A DNA stretch of 64,000 bases from Octopus vulgaris (lineage: Eukaryota). A model generated the notes under the pieces. That model searched no databases, was not told the origin of the DNA, and saw only the letters and a program-made list of their open reading frames with translations. Position 1 is the stretch's first letter; the number at the start of each line of letters is the position of its first letter. Below are positions 1 through 13,783 of this stretch, in pieces. Location: positions 29,760,001-29,824,000 of the forward strand of contig OX597834.1 of assembly GCA_951406725.2 (NCBI GenBank), written 5' to 3'. Made by a program: the position numbers and the translations under genes.

Positions 1-172
1 GTATTTCGTCTGCCATTATGTTCCGAGTTCAAATTCTGCCGAGGTCGACTTTGCCTTTCATCCTTTCGGGGTCAATAAATTAAGTACCAGTTACTCACTG
101 GGGTCGATGTAATCGACTTAATTCATTTGTTTGTCTCCTCTGTGTTTAGCCCCTTGTGGGTAATAAAGAAAC
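1..172 (+). mobile_element. SINE family A (tRNA-derived, Meta-domain-like core), cut by window start
   Basis: B box GAGTTCAAATTC, core GACTTTGCCTTTCATCCTTTCGGGGTC.ATAAATTAAGTACCAG, tail GCCCCTTGTGGGTAATAAAGAAA; matches full copies at 8174, 14996, 19028. Confidence 0.9.
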
Positions 173-463
173 ATATATATATATGTATGTGTGTGTGTGT
201 GTGTATATATAAATATCTTTATCTTTTATTAAACTTTTAATACTTTTGATATTTAAAAAAAAATTAATTAATTAAATAATATATAAATATAAAAATATAC
301 ATACATACATATATATGTATATTTGTATATATATATATATATATAAAATTTATAAGTTTAAATTATTTAAATCATTTTTTATTTTTAAATTAATTTTATG
401 TATTGGCTTATGTTTTTCACTGTTTGATTTGCCTAATAGTGGTTTTATCTCTAATTTAATATA

Positions 464-507
<44 letters not shown>

Positions 508-777
508 CGCCAAGTAAGTTAAGTGTTGTGGATCCAACCCACTAAGGGATAATACTTATCCAATATAATGTTGGTATAATACCCAAATTATTAATACCCA
601 AGTGTTTTTAATTGTAATGGAATAAACTTTCTTATTGTATTAAATGGGTGAAGGTAAAGAAATATTATACCATTAATTTATATTACAAATAAGAAAAATG
701 AAGAAACAATTCAGTTGGTTTATCAGTTTTAGGATAAATATAGATAAATATAAGTTATGTTTTGTATTGCTAAATAG

Positions 778-935
778 ATCACAAGTATGGTTGAGTGGTA
801 AGAAGTTCGCTTCCCAACCCCATAGCTCAGGGTTCAGTCCCATTGTAAAGCACCTTGTCTCTCCTACTGTAGCCCCGAGTAGATCAAAGCCCTGCAAGTG
901 GACTCCATAGATGGAAACTGAAAGAAGCTTGTCAT
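778..935 (+). mobile_element. SINE family B, degenerate 5' half
   Basis: GGTTCAGTCCCA B box and GATGGAAACTGAAAGAAGC motif shared with full copies; a 3' part appears to resume near 1490-1600. Confidence 0.7.
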
Positions 936-1060
936 ACATATATATATATATATATATATGTATATATTAATAAATAATGTAGGATAAAATTTTTTTCGGG
1001 GAAAAAATTTTTATCAATGGCCAGCATATCAAAAAATACCTTTAAAGGTTAAATTTATAA

Positions 1061-1281
1061 ATAATTTACAAGATAAGGGCAAAAGAAAAATTCTAATGCC
1101 AAATGAAAATTTATTATTAATTAACCCCTAAATTCGACCAATGCGGTAATAACGAATTTTTTAGAGATTTCTATCAGTTTGTTTTGAGACGCATAAATTA
1201 TAATGGTTATTGAAAAGTTTTGTCTTTTTTACGGCATATTTGGCACTAGAATTTTTCTTTTGCCCTTATCTTGTAAATTAT
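1061..1281. repeat. 44-bp inverted repeat (1061-1104 / 1238-1281) within a (TA)n-flanked cassette
   Basis: ATAATTTACAAGATAAGGGCAAAAGAAAAATTCTA.TGCCAAAT and its reverse complement, 1 mismatch. Confidence 0.85.
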
Positions 1282-1679
1282 GTGTATATATATATATATA
1301 TATTACTGTGTTATAAGTCTGCTACTTATATAAATTAAGATTAAAAGTTCATAGTAAACACGTAAACATGGCTACTCATACGCCTACATGTGTGCTCGCG
1401 GACCCACGTGCGTACTTATACATCACTATGAAAACGTGCACATCTTCACTCGCATTTTTCACCAAATATATATATATATATATTCCAATGTCTGTGTATC
1501 TTTGTTGGTTTGTTTATGTCCCATTAACTTAGGGTTTGGCAAAATGAGAGTGACAGAATAAATATCAGGCTTCAATATTAAATATGTACTGCAGCTGATT
1601 TGTTTCATATATTCGATATGATTCGTTATTTACTAGTTTCAGCTTGAGAGCTGGAGCCATATGATATACATATATATAC

Positions 1680-2173
1680 CTTTTTCTTTTGCTTCTTTTA
1701 GTCATTGGATTGCAGCCATGCTGGAGCACTTGAAGGGTTTAGTAAAAATAATTGACCCCATTTCTTATTTTTTAAGCCTGATACTTATTTTACCAGTCTC
1801 TTGTGCTGAATTGCTAAGTCATGGGAATGTAAACAAACCAATACCAGTTGTCAAGCAGTGGTGGAAGACAAACAAAAACACATGTTTACCAGCACAGCTT
1901 CCATGACTTTCAGAAACATTTTTTCACGCTGAGAGTTTCTGAAGCATGGAACAGACTACTGGCATCAATCGTTAGTTGTTGGAGCACTTCATCCTTCAAA
2001 ACTTCCATGCTTCCTGAGATTCGCCAACACAACACCTGATTCCCCCCACCCTCCATACAAGCATGTATCTGACTCATACACTGTTTGCTTTCCAGACATT
2101 TATACATTACTGCATATGCTTTATATGCACTTTTGACAAGTTGTGGTGCACCTGAGCACTGTATACAATAATT

Positions 2174-2223
<50 letters not shown>

Positions 2224-2320
2224 CACATAGATAGGCTTCTTTCAGTTTCCATCTGCCACTCACAATACTTTGGTCAGTCCAGGGCCAAAGACACTTGCCC
2301 AAGGTACCACTCAGCCATGC
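1680..2320 (-). mobile_element. SINE family B (old), interrupted by a CR1-like LINE 3' end
   Basis: GCCATGCTGGAGCAC tail at ~1715 and GGCTTCTTTCAGTTTCC...CACTTGCCCAAGG head part at 2234-2310. Confidence 0.75.
1885..2222 (+). mobile_element. CR1-clade LINE 3' fragment (ORF2 C-terminus, 3' UTR, (ATT)n tail)
   Basis: QKHFFTLRVSEAWNRLLASIVSCWSTSSFK fits the CR1 ORF2 C-terminal motif (HFF..RV...WN.LP..VV......FK); stop at 2039; (ATT)n 2177-2221. Confidence 0.8.
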
Positions 2321-3477
2321 ATATAGATAGATAGATACATAGATAGGTAGACACATACATACAGACATAGAGGCATGCATATATGCATACATACACATTT
2401 TTGTGTTTATATATATATATAAACGTGTGTGTGTGTGTGTGTGAATGCACACATCCATATAGAGATATCATGTTAGCACATACATTTGTGCTTATGTCTA
2501 AATATGTACACATATACATACAGTGGATCTATGTATGTGCGCGCAGAAAGGCTTTCACTCATATAAATGCATATACACCCCAGTGTATGTGTGTATATAT
2601 GTATATATATATATATATATACTTTTTGCCATTTGCCATTCTTGAGAAACAGCATGTATAAATAAAAATAATAGAGATGAAACACTTTGACCCCGATTAG
2701 GTCTAACTAATGATTTATGATGATTGCTTGGAAGGAAAAGAGGGAAAAAAATACCAAGTTCAATTCGAAACAAAGAAACACTAAGAACACAACAAAGAAA
2801 GATAGAAGAGGAAAAGGTGCTAATTGTTGCTGGATTTTTATTGGTTCAAAACCAATTTGAAACTGTGACAAACCTTCGCAACAGAATCATTTCTCATTGA
2901 AAACCACTTTCTTCTACCCTTGGTAATGTGTCACCAGAGAAATCTCTATGACACAGAGCAACATCCGACTCCAATGTCTCACCTTCTTTCATTCGTATAA
3001 CACAGGCAAAACTTTGCCGTACTTCACTTCTTATTCATGCCATCAACACCATACCAGCTGCTGCTCTCTGGTTGGTACCACCAGCCACCATTATTGTCCT
3101 TCAAACATCTGTGTAGAAAAGAGATGGCCATCATAACAATACAACATACTGCCTTTGTGGTTAGCCCCACCACCAAAAAAAAAAAATCCCTAGAAACCTT
3201 TCATTCTCTCTCTCTAGCTCTCTCTCTCTCACTCTCACTCATACACACTATCTATCCAATTATCTATCTGTCTGTCTATTTATCTATTTAGCTGTTTGTC
3301 TTTCTATCTACATCTATCTATCTCTATTTCTATCTATATATCTATCTCTATACATTTCTGTTTATATATCTTCCTATCTGTCATCTATCTATCCTTCCAT
3401 CTGTCTATATATCTATCTCTTTGTCCCTCTTTTTCTCTCATTCACAATCTCCCTATATCTCTTTGTGTCTCTGACTG

Positions 3478-3517
<40 letters not shown>

Positions 3518-4145
3518 CTTCTCTTTCTCTCTCCAATCTGGTCACCTTCATTTTTTACACTGACTTTACAATGACCATGTGTCACTTTGACAAGGTGTGA
3601 TTTCTTCCCTCTTATATTCTTGTTTATTTCCATTATTTTTCTATTTCCTTTCTCTTTTTTTCTGTTAGGTTTTGGTTGGTGATTCCAAATGCTTTTATTT
3701 TTCTATTATTTATCTTTTGCATTCACATTCTTTCCTGTTGTTTTTCTACCATATTTCTGTTGTTTATCTCATGTATTTTGTCAGTTTTTTTCTGTTATCT
3801 TTTCTGTTTTTTATAGATCTAAATTGCACTGATGCTGTTTTTGTATTCTGTTTCGGTGCTGTCTTTTCATTTCTTTAATATTATTTCATTAGATTTCTAT
3901 TTGGCTTCTTTTTCCCTAATTCTATATTTCTGCTAATGCATTTTCCCAATCCCATATACAACCCTTCCTTGGCGACTAATAAAAGTTGATGATTGGAAAG
4001 GCATCCAAAAATGGCTGAAAAAAACTCATCCAACCCATGCCAACCTGGAAAAACTTATGTAAAATGCTGTTGATGATGATGATGATGATGATGATGCACT
4101 GTTTCAACTGTATTGCTCCTTATTTCTGTTTTATTGATTCTAATA

Positions 4146-4555
4146 CTCTCTTTTCTCTTTTACTTGTTTCAGTCATTTGACTGCGGCCATGCTGGAGCAC
4201 CGCCTTTAGTCGAGCAAATCGACTCCGGGACTTATTCTTTGTAAGCCCAGTACTTATTCTATCGGTCTCTTTTGCTGAACCACTAAGTGACGGGGATGTA
4301 AACACACCAGCATCGGTTGTCAAGCAATGCTAGGGGGACAAACACAGACACACAAACATATACACACACACTTATATATATATACATATATACGACAGGC
4401 TTCTTTCAGTTTCCGTCTACCAAATCCACTCACAAGGCTTTGGTCGGCCTGAGGCTATAGTAGAAGACACTTGCCCAAGATGCCACGCAGTGGGACTGAA
4501 CCCGGAACCATGTGGTTGGTTAGCAAGCTACTTACCACACAGCCACTCCTGCACC
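4146..4555 (-). mobile_element. SINE family B, full length
   Basis: tRNA-like head (A box TGGCTGTGTGG, B box GGTTCAGTCCC), TTGGGCAAGTG core, internal TA/CA microsatellite, tail CAGCATGGCCGCAGTCAAATGACTGAAACAAGTAAAAGAG. Confidence 0.92.
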
Positions 4556-6623
4556 TATATAATATGTATACTTTCATATTTTTTATGCTGTTTATTTTTC
4601 TTGTTATCATTCTATTGCATTTCTATTATATTTCCTACATCTTTGCAACCTACTTATACTTATTTTCTCCTCTTTTATATTTCTACGTGTTTTTTTTTAT
4701 AGCATATTTTTGTATGTATTTTTGCTGTTTTCTGCTGATTTTTTCAGTTACTTTTCTGTTGGATATCTACTGTTTTTCTAATATATTCTGCTGGGGTTTT
4801 TTTTTAATTCCTTTTTGTTAAATTTCCATGGAACTTAACCTTTTCACTCTTTACTGTTATTTTCCTACAATATTTATGATGTTTTCCTGGTGTATTCTTG
4901 CTGTTTTTTCTGATATCTATTTTTAGTGTACTTTGGTATTATTTGTATTTGTTTGTTTTTTTACCGTTTTTTAAAATTAATTCATTCTTTTTTTTTTGAT
5001 TTTGGATTTTTGGAAAATTTAAAAAAAATTCTTTCCTCAAAACACCTTTTCTCTCATATTTTTGTGGCTATCATTTTACTAATTTTGTACTTCTGTCAAA
5101 TATTTTTTCCTACAGTGTATCTTTTTTAATTATCTAATTAAAATTTTTATCACATTTGTATTTTACTTACTGTGTTTTTTTATTGTTTTCTAATTTTTTC
5201 CCTCAATTTCTTTTATTGTTTTATGTTATCCTTTTTCTCTTTTTTGTTTGTTTTTTCCTTTTTCTTTTAAACTTTCCTTTCACTTCTTACTCTTTTCAAG
5301 GTTTTTCTCATAGTATCTGTTTATTAATTCTGTTTTTTTTAAATCTGTTTTCTTCAGCTATTCTTCTTTTAATCCATATTCTTCTTATTCCAGTTTTTCT
5401 ACAAGGTTACTTATCTTATTTTACAGTGTTTCCTGCTTATTTCTGTGGCCCAGAAGTTAGGATTTTGGGATCAAGAGATCATGGGTTCTATTCCTAGACC
5501 AGCTGTTCCAAATACCATCTTGAGTTATTTTACCAAATTCTTCATTGTTTTCAAAATTAATTGAAATAAAGAAAGTGTATTTCAACAGAAATAAGCTAAG
5601 GAAAGGATTAAATGCTATGGAACAACGATAAGCTCTGACCACATTGGGCCTGTAAGCTCAAGACAGACATTAACTTAAACTCTTTTTTTATCACCAAATT
5701 ATGAAATTGTTACTTTTCCATGTTTGATATTGATCCCTTTTACCAATATACATTTGTTAATTTATCAGATATTGATTTTTAATCAATGTTGTTGATATTT
5801 TTCATATGTTACTTAAGTTGTTCTGCTGTGGGTCAGCCATGATCAAAGGCACTCCTTCTGTGACCTCCCCCTCTTTTTTTAGGAATAGTGCATCAATAAC
5901 TACATTATCGAATGTGTTCTTATTTTTTTCTTTCAAATCAAGTGTATAATGGAGTAAGATGTAGCTGCTATTTTTAGCAGGTTGAGCAACTACATAAAGT
6001 CTTCTTCCCTGATTCATCAACAAAGTTTGTTGCTGTTGTTGTTATTGTTTTTGCTATTGTCTTTTTTTTCAATGTCATTATTATTAACATTGTTTTCTGG
6101 TTGACCCTGTTGTTGTTGTTGTCATTATTTTGCTCTCTTTTGTTGTTGTTCTTGTTGTTGTTATTGTAGTATCTGTTTCATTTTTGTTATTGTTGTTGCT
6201 TTGCCACCATGTTTTTTGTTTTCATGCTTTATGATTTTGAGGGAGATTTGGCTGCAAATTCTATCAGGTCAAGCATCATTCTTGAGGGTGCTTTCATTTA
6301 GAATACTACTATGTTGCTACTACTATAGATGATGTTGTTGTTATTGTTGTCGTATGAACTCTCTTGAAATGCAATGATGCAGTGGGGGTGGTAGTGATGG
6401 TAGTGGTGGTGGTGATGGTGGTGATAGTGGTGGTGGTGAAAGGCTTAGTGGTGTGAACAGGGTTTGAGTGTAGCTCCGTATATGAAATGATGACAACGAC
6501 CACAATGACAATAATGCCTACAATGTCAACAATGACTGCGCTAGTGGTAGGGGAGGGGGGATTAGCGGTGGCAGTAGTGATGATGATGATGATGATGATA
6601 ATGGTAGTGGGAGATGGCAAACA

Positions 6624-6657
<34 letters not shown>

Positions 6658-6994
6658 TTGGTTGGCAGGATAGGAGGAGGTGGTAAGAAGAAAATGAAGA
6701 GACAACTCTGACATATGATACAGCTAAATAATTAAGCCATACTTAATGATGTAATTTTATATTCCATTTGACTTCTTACTGCCTCTCAGACTGACAGCAG
6801 AAGAGAGAAATATGCTGGTCAGTTCCACTCAGTTCAGAATCTGTCCACTATTATGATGTAGGTGGAATTATGGCTTGTTTGGCCAAACAAGGTCACCAGC
6901 CCTGTTGAATAGCATTTTCATTTTCACTATTTAAGCCTTGTCTCAGTTCCTACTTTCATTTTACTTTAATCCCCCCACCCCCCGTATGTTTGAT

Positions 6995-7285
6995 GCAGAC
7001 ACAGCTGTGTGGTTAAGAAGCTTGTTTTGTAACCATGTGGTCTTAGGTTCAATCCCACTGTTCAGCATCTTGGAGAAGTTACTCCAACTATAGCCCCAGA
7101 CAGACCAATGCCTTGTGAGTGAATTTGATAGATGGAAACTGTGTAGAAGCCCATCATCTGTGTGTGTGTATCAATGTGTTTGTCCTCACCACAACCACTT
7201 ATCAACCAATGTTGGTGTGGTTATATCCCTGTGACTTAGCAGTTCAGCAAAAAGAAACTGATAGAATAAGTAACAGACTTAAGAA
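6995..7285 (+). mobile_element. SINE family B, diverged copy
   Basis: Colinear similarity to full copies (GGTTCAATCCCACTG, GATGGAAACTG, GATAGAATAAGTA). Confidence 0.75.
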
Positions 7286-7496
7286 AAAAAGGATATCTCT
7301 TTCCTCTGAGTTCAAATCTTGCCAAGATCAGCTTTTGCTTTTTACCCCTTCTAGGTCAATAAGTAAAGTACTTAGCAGTGAAAGAACTGGTCAGGAGAAG
7401 ACACTGGAATTGCAATAACCAATAACCTGTCGTATCTCAGAAGGCTCATTACACACCCTTGCAGCACACCCACACACACTTGTGTGCATGCATGCG

Positions 7497-7534
<38 letters not shown>

Positions 7535-8078
7535 TACTATTTCACTTCTTTTAATATTATCAGATAATTTGTTAACCGATTAACTAATTGATTGTTTGGT
7601 CAATCAAACAACTAGATTTGTCAAAGTCTTTTCTCCATTATTTGTAATCTCAACAATGACAGGCTTTCTCCACTCCAAGTCTGCTTCACATATGTAAAAT
7701 ACTAGAAAACAAGGACCAGTTATTTGCTATCTAAAAAAAATATAGACAAAAATAAACTAATATCATCGTAAACAAATCCTGTTTTTCCATACTTGCATCA
7801 GTTAGACAGAATTTACCGACACAGATTTTCTATAGTTGGATGCTCTTCCTGTTGCCAAACCTCCCTTGTTACCAAGCAAGTTAATCTTTCCTCCTGGCCA
7901 GACATGTTTTTCATGGAAGACTGGAAACAGACAACATTTACATGACGCTGACACTTGTCTGCAAGTATCCCATGAAGTCAAGGCAGGGAGCCAGTAGCAC
8001 ACACACACACACACACACATACGTATATATGTATGATGGGCTTCTTTCAGTTTCTATCTATCAAATCCACTCACAAGG

Positions 8079-8168
8079 CATTGGTTAGCCTGGGGTTATA
8101 ATAGAAAACATTGGTTAGCCTGGGGTTATAATAGAAAACATTTGTTAGCCTGGGGTTATAATAGAAAA
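8079..8168. repeat. 30-bp tandem triplication CATTGGTTAGCCTGGGGTTATAATAGAAAA inside a minus-strand SINE B
   Basis: Units 8079-8108, 8109-8138, 8139-8168. Confidence 0.9.
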
Positions 8169-8173
8169 AAAAA

Positions 8174-8404
8174 GGTGGCGAGCTGGCAGAAACGTTAGCA
8201 CACGGGGCGAAATGCGTAGCCGTATTTCGTCTGTCGTTACGTTCCGAGTTCAAATTCCGCCGAGGTCGACTTTGCCTTTCATCCTTTTGGGGTCGATAAA
8301 TTAAGTACCAGTTACGCACTGGGGTCGATGTAATCAACTTTATCCGTTTGTCTGTCCTTGTTTGTCCCCTCTGTGTTTAGCCCCTTGTGGGTAATAAAGA
8401 AATA
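8174..8404 (+). mobile_element. SINE family A, full length, nested in SINE B
   Basis: GGTGGCGAGCTGGCAGAA head, B box, core; TATAATAGAAAA duplicated on both sides. Confidence 0.93.
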
Positions 8405-8901
8405 TATAATAGAAAACACTTGCCCAAGATGCCATGCAGTGGGACTGAAACCAAAACCATATGGTTGGGAAGTAAACTTCTTAACCACAGAGCTACACCT
8501 GTGTCTTATTAGTTATTCTATTCAAACCTCAATGAACGAATCTTCACTAACACACTACCATGTCTATCAGAAGTCATATTAACTTTAATATAGATTTAGT
8601 GTGGGAGTGTATTGAATTTCAGCATGTGATTCGAGTTTATCAGATCATTGTTAACCTTCGTACTGGAAGATAAAACTAAGTAGTATGATCAATCTATTAT
8701 TGAGGATTAGACAAATATCTAATCCCATATGAGATTAAAAGTCTCCGACCACTATCGCTTTAACTGTCATATCATTTTAATAAATTTGGGATGTTGAAAG
8801 AAAAAGCATTGCATTGAGGGTCTGTTGACTACTATTTCTGTTGGTGGTTTTATTTTTTTTTTATTCTTACAACAGCATAATGAATTTCAAGTTCATCCAC
8901 T

Positions 8902-9313
8902 CTTTACTCTCTCTTTTACTCTTTTACTTGTTTCAGTCGTTTGACTGCGGCCATGCTGGAGCACCGCCTTTAATCGAGCAACTCGACCCCGGGACTTATT
9001 CTTTTGTAAGCCCAGTACTTATTCTATCGGTCTCTTTTTGCCGAACCGCTAAGTGATGGGGACGTAAACACACCAGCATTGGTTGTCAAGCAATGCTAGG
9101 GGGACAAACACAGACACACAAACACACACATATATTTATATACATATATACGACGGGCTTCTTTCAGTTTCCGTCTACCAAATCCACTCACAAGGCTTTG
9201 GTCGGTCCGAGGCTATAGCAGAAGGCACTTGCCCAAGGTGCCACGTAGTGGGACTGAACCCAGAACCATGTGGTTGGTAAACAAGCTACTTACCACACAG
9301 CCACTCCTGTGCC
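8902..9313 (-). mobile_element. SINE family B, full length
   Basis: Near-identical to 24817-25226 reverse complement. Confidence 0.92.
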
Positions 9314-10626
9314 TAGGAATTTTAATGGATTATATTTATTTGTTGCAGTACTGATTAAAAGACTGTGGTTTCAATTCCTGGACTGGGTAGCGCATCATGT
9401 TTTTGAGTAAAACACTTCATCATACATTGCTCTGGAATCACTTCAACGTCTGGTGTGTCACCTGTACATCGTACACCTGTACAGTTAATTTGATGAAGGA
9501 AGGGAGGTAATGTACAGCACAAACATCTGATCACTATAAATCACCTGTGCAGGTTGTTCAGCCATTAATTGCTGAACACACATCTGTTATTTATGAAGAT
9601 GTTTTGGGGTTTCTACCTTTATTATTTTTTTTAATTCTGATATTGATGAAATTCTTGGAGAATTTCCCCTTCTCCTTCTGTTGATTCTTTTTTATTTCCT
9701 TAAGTCCTTGGACCACAGCCATGCCTGGATACTATTTTGTTGGGCTTAATTGATTAAATTAATTCTAGTATTTTGTTTAATTTTTCAACTTATTCTATTA
9801 CTCCCTTTTTGCTGACCAACTAAGTCAGGGTAATTTCTAAACAACTCAACATTGGTTATCAAATGGTGAGGGAAGGTGAGGAGCTTAGCTGAATAAATTG
9901 ACTCCCCCGCCCCAATACTTGAATGATATGTTATCGAATCTGAAAAGATGAAAGGCAAAGTTGATTTCAACATAATTGATTTCATTTCTTTGCTGCTATG
10001 ATGTCTGAGGCAGTAAAAGTTATGTGAAAGATGATATGCTGGGAGTTGAATTTATTCAGGTCCCTTGCATCAATATCAGTGGGATCACCATAAACAGAGC
10101 AATATTGTTCCTGCAGTATTTTTGCCATTTTTTTTTTTTTTTAGCTTCATGGTGGAGAATGTTGCTATCATCTATCAGTGGACCATCAGGTGAAACAGCA
10201 GCCCTATGTTTGTTAGCATATGAATAGAACACTTTTAGGCTCTGATTTTTTTTCTTTTCGACAACCCAGTTTTGGATGAATATTTATTTAGTACTTTCAT
10301 CTTGTTTTAGAGAATCATCAGGAATGATTCTTTTACAGAAAATTTATGCTTTTTATATATATATATATGAGTTAGTTGAAAAAATATGTAATTGCATTGA
10401 AAAGAGAATTTTTTTGTTTTTTGAATCTCTGTGTGTGTGTGTGTGTGTGCGCGCGCGCATGTGCATGCATGTGTATTTGTGTGTATGTACATATGAGTTT
10501 GTATGTATGTGTGTGTACGTATGTGAGTGTGGTAAATTTTTGGAGGCTTGATTAGAAGAAGAAAAGGAAAAGGAAAGACAGGAAGAAAGAAAGGAACTCC
10601 TTTCTTTCTACCTATTTTCAAATATA

Positions 10627-11055
10627 TAGGGTACAATGAATAAACTGTCTAAATTATGCAAAAATGAAAATAACACTGACATCTCATTTTGATAGATATA
10701 ATTACCAAAATTACATAAAAATATCTTAAAATACTAAAGTGTAAATTTATTCAATAAAATCGCCATTGGCTTCAACCATGGCTTCCAGACCACTTTAGAA
10801 TCTCCTGAAACTCCTCTGGATGGTCTCCTTGTTTAAGTTGGTGAATGCTGTAATAATTCTTGTCTTCAGTTCATGTTTGGTGCTACAAGGAGTTTTGTTG
10901 GTCTCTCACTCAACTGTGCAATATAGTAAGGGTCAGTTAGGCATCGTATATGTAAGAAAAACAATCCATATCGGAAGCTCCAATACGAACATTTCAGAGT
11001 GTTTGGGTGTCAATCTGAGGACAGTGTTGGATGTGTCTAATGGTGATTATGAAGC
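10627..11055 (-). mobile_element. Tc1/mariner (DD37D-like) rearranged remnant
   Basis: 10627-10920 matches the end and transposase C-terminus of the copy at 25648; 10960-11055 encodes HTH-like ISECLGVNLRTV on the opposite strand. Confidence 0.75.
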
Positions 11056-11187
11056 TCTTATATATATGTCCAATAGTTTAATGAACTGTGGTATGTAGAG
11101 AAAAGGAAAGAAACCTTTTCTGCCGTGAGACAAAGCAAAATATGTTGAGTCAATATATGTTCTCAATTCACAACCCATCCTCTAAAC

Positions 11188-11388
11188 CAGTGGTTTTCAA
11201 CCAGGGTTCCGCCAGCACAGTCCAGGGGTTCTGCAAGAAGTTACAAAACTGCTAAAATCGGCAGTAATTTTTAATTCTCCTGTGCAGATATGTGTGCATA
11301 AGACTATTAAATTATTGCACAGGGGTTCCTCGAGCCAGTGGAATGTTTCCTTGGGGTTCCGCTCCAGCAAAAAGTTTGAAAAGCACTG
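11188..11388. mobile_element. hAT (Charlie-like) MITE, 201 bp
   Basis: TIRs CAGTGGTTTTCAA / TTGAAAAGCACTG; perfect 8-bp TSD CTCTAAAC (11180-11187, 11389-11396). Confidence 0.92.
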
Positions 11389-11885
11389 CTCTAAACTAAA
11401 ATGTCCCTTACCTAATAAATGCAACTGCTTCTAATTCTATCACTTCAGCCATGTAGAACACAGCAGAAAATTTACATAATGCTGTGCTTCATGAAAGACC
11501 AAAAGGAGGGAGCTATCCAAGAACCAGAAGTCATCAGCTCTACACATACATAACTAATTCATTACTCCTTTCAACACTTGTGTCACTTCACAGATACTTT
11601 CTAATTAAACGCTCATGTTCATTAATTAAGCAAGTATATTAGCAAACCAGCAAATGCAACCCAGTGATTTGTAGAATATATTCTACTAATTAAACCATGA
11701 CAAGTCAAGCTATCATGTATTTCAGCACCACTTACCAAATGAATGGAGAGCAACCAGAGATGGGAATAATTTCCATAACTGCCATCCTCTCTTTTGCTTG
11801 TTATTCAGTTTTTCCTTTTCATGCCAACATGGCTGGAGTGGGGCAGTGGGGTTATGTGTTGTTGCCTTTGTTGGTTAATTATTTT

Positions 11886-12210
11886 GTTAAGTTTTTAAGG
11901 TGGCAAGGTGTCAGAATCATAATCAATGCTGGATAGAAATGATTCCAGCTCTTTATGTTCTGAGTTCAAATTCCACCAAGGTAGACTTTGCCTTTCAAGT
12001 TTTTAAGGTGACAAGGTGACAGAATCATTATCAATGCTGGATAGAAATGATTCCAGCTCTTTATGTGCTGAGTTCAAATTCCACCAAGGTAGACTTTGCC
12101 TTTAATCTTTTCTCGGTAGATGAAATATGTACCAGTTGAGCACTTGGGTCAATGTAACCAACTTGCCCCATCCCCCAATATTTCAGACCCTGTGCCTATT
12201 GTAGGAAGAA
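11886..12210 (+). mobile_element. Diverged SINE A with tandem duplication (~108 bp) of its 5' half
   Basis: AAGTTTTTAAGGTG.CAAGGTG.CAGAATCAT...GAGTTCAAATTCCACCAAGGTAGACTTTGCCTTT occurs twice in tandem. Confidence 0.8.
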
Positions 12211-12302
12211 CTATTTTGATAAGTTTTTTAATATTCTTATGGTATTTGTATCTACAAAATATTTTTGACTTTCTTTCTTTTTCACTTTTGGATAGTTCTT
12301 CT

Positions 12303-12732
12303 GGATCTTTTCAGTTTGAACGGCAGTTTTTCCTAGCGGTATCATATGAAATTATCACCCATAATTATGACCCTAGTATCGATCTATTGCATTTCAATCT
12401 GTTTAGTGTTAGGGTTAGTTAGGGTTAGGGTTGGGGGCAAGGGTATCTTTTTTTCCTTCAGAGATGTAAATAAACCCAATCTGTTTCTTAAACGAGGAAC
12501 ATATTCATACAGCACAGAATGTTTTTTACCTCTATAGACGTCAGTGATTGGTTGAAATTGCAGAAATTGAAGAAAAAAAACAACAAATATCTTACAAACT
12601 ATAGAATTTTCTCAATAAAGCCAAGAGAAAAAGATGTTTTATAAACACATTCTACCAGTATATGAAGTTTAAAAGTGTTTAGTTACACAGAAATTATTTT
12701 TAAAAAACTGCCGTTCAAACCGAAAAGATTCC
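12303..12732. mobile_element. GG-terminated MITE (Merlin-like), copy 1
   Basis: TIR GGATCTTTTC.GTTTGAACGGCAGTTTTT; near-identical copy at 49446; internal TTAGGG units; no TSD visible here. Confidence 0.88.
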
Positions 12733-13316
12733 AAGGTACAAGTTAGCTACAAAGATCAAGGTATACTTGCAAGATAAACAGAATGAGGTATTAACTTCAG
12801 GCTTCCCACCCTTGATCCAGCAAAATAGTTGTGTGTGCGTGTGTGTGTGTGTGTGTGCTTGAGTTTAGTGAAGAGTAAAATATAATCATAAGAAGACAAA
12901 GAAAGAATTTAGCAAATCTTTAATGAGAAGCTAGAATTGTTCCTATACCATTCTGCTTATAATGCCATTGTGTACAAAAGTTCCAGTAAAAAGTTATGTA
13001 ACATTTGTGGTTTTAGACACTAAAGTGGAACTTCATCAGCCTTGCATTAAAAAGTGCACAATTACACTGTACCTCTTGCATTGGCACAATGTAAAAGCAC
13101 ACCTTTTGATGCCAGTCTGGGCATGTCGAACAGCAATCTGGTATCTTTGGATACACGTGATGCACTTCTTCATTTTCCATAAGCCAGATCCACTAACAAG
13201 GCTTCGGTCAGTCTTGGGCTGTAAAAGAAGACACTTGTCCAAGTTGCTGTACAGTGGAATTGAACCTGAAACCACATGGTTGGAAAGCAAACTTCTTAAC
13301 CACACAGCCATGCTTG

Positions 13317-13441
<125 letters not shown>

Positions 13442-13689
13442 TGTATATGTGGGTGTGTGCATGTGTGTCATTTTCCTCTTGATGTTAAACAACTACAAAA
13501 TAGCCTTTTGTTGCCAATTCCATATATCTTGCAAAACTGCCAATGATGACAACACTCACAACAACAACAATACTTGTATCATCAGCATCCTCTTCTGCCA
13601 CATTATCATCTTTATTTTTATCCTCATCTATTCAGTCAAGCTAAAAACAACATAAAAAAAAGTGAATACAGAAGATACATATATATATG

Positions 13690-13783
<94 letters not shown>

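Noticed and set aside
1125-1180. CTGATAGA...GGTCGAA on minus strand as a hammerhead
   Set aside because: Core non-canonical and stems not convincingly paired
12406-12436. TTAGGG repeats as interstitial telomere
   Set aside because: Only a few units, internal to a MITE present twice
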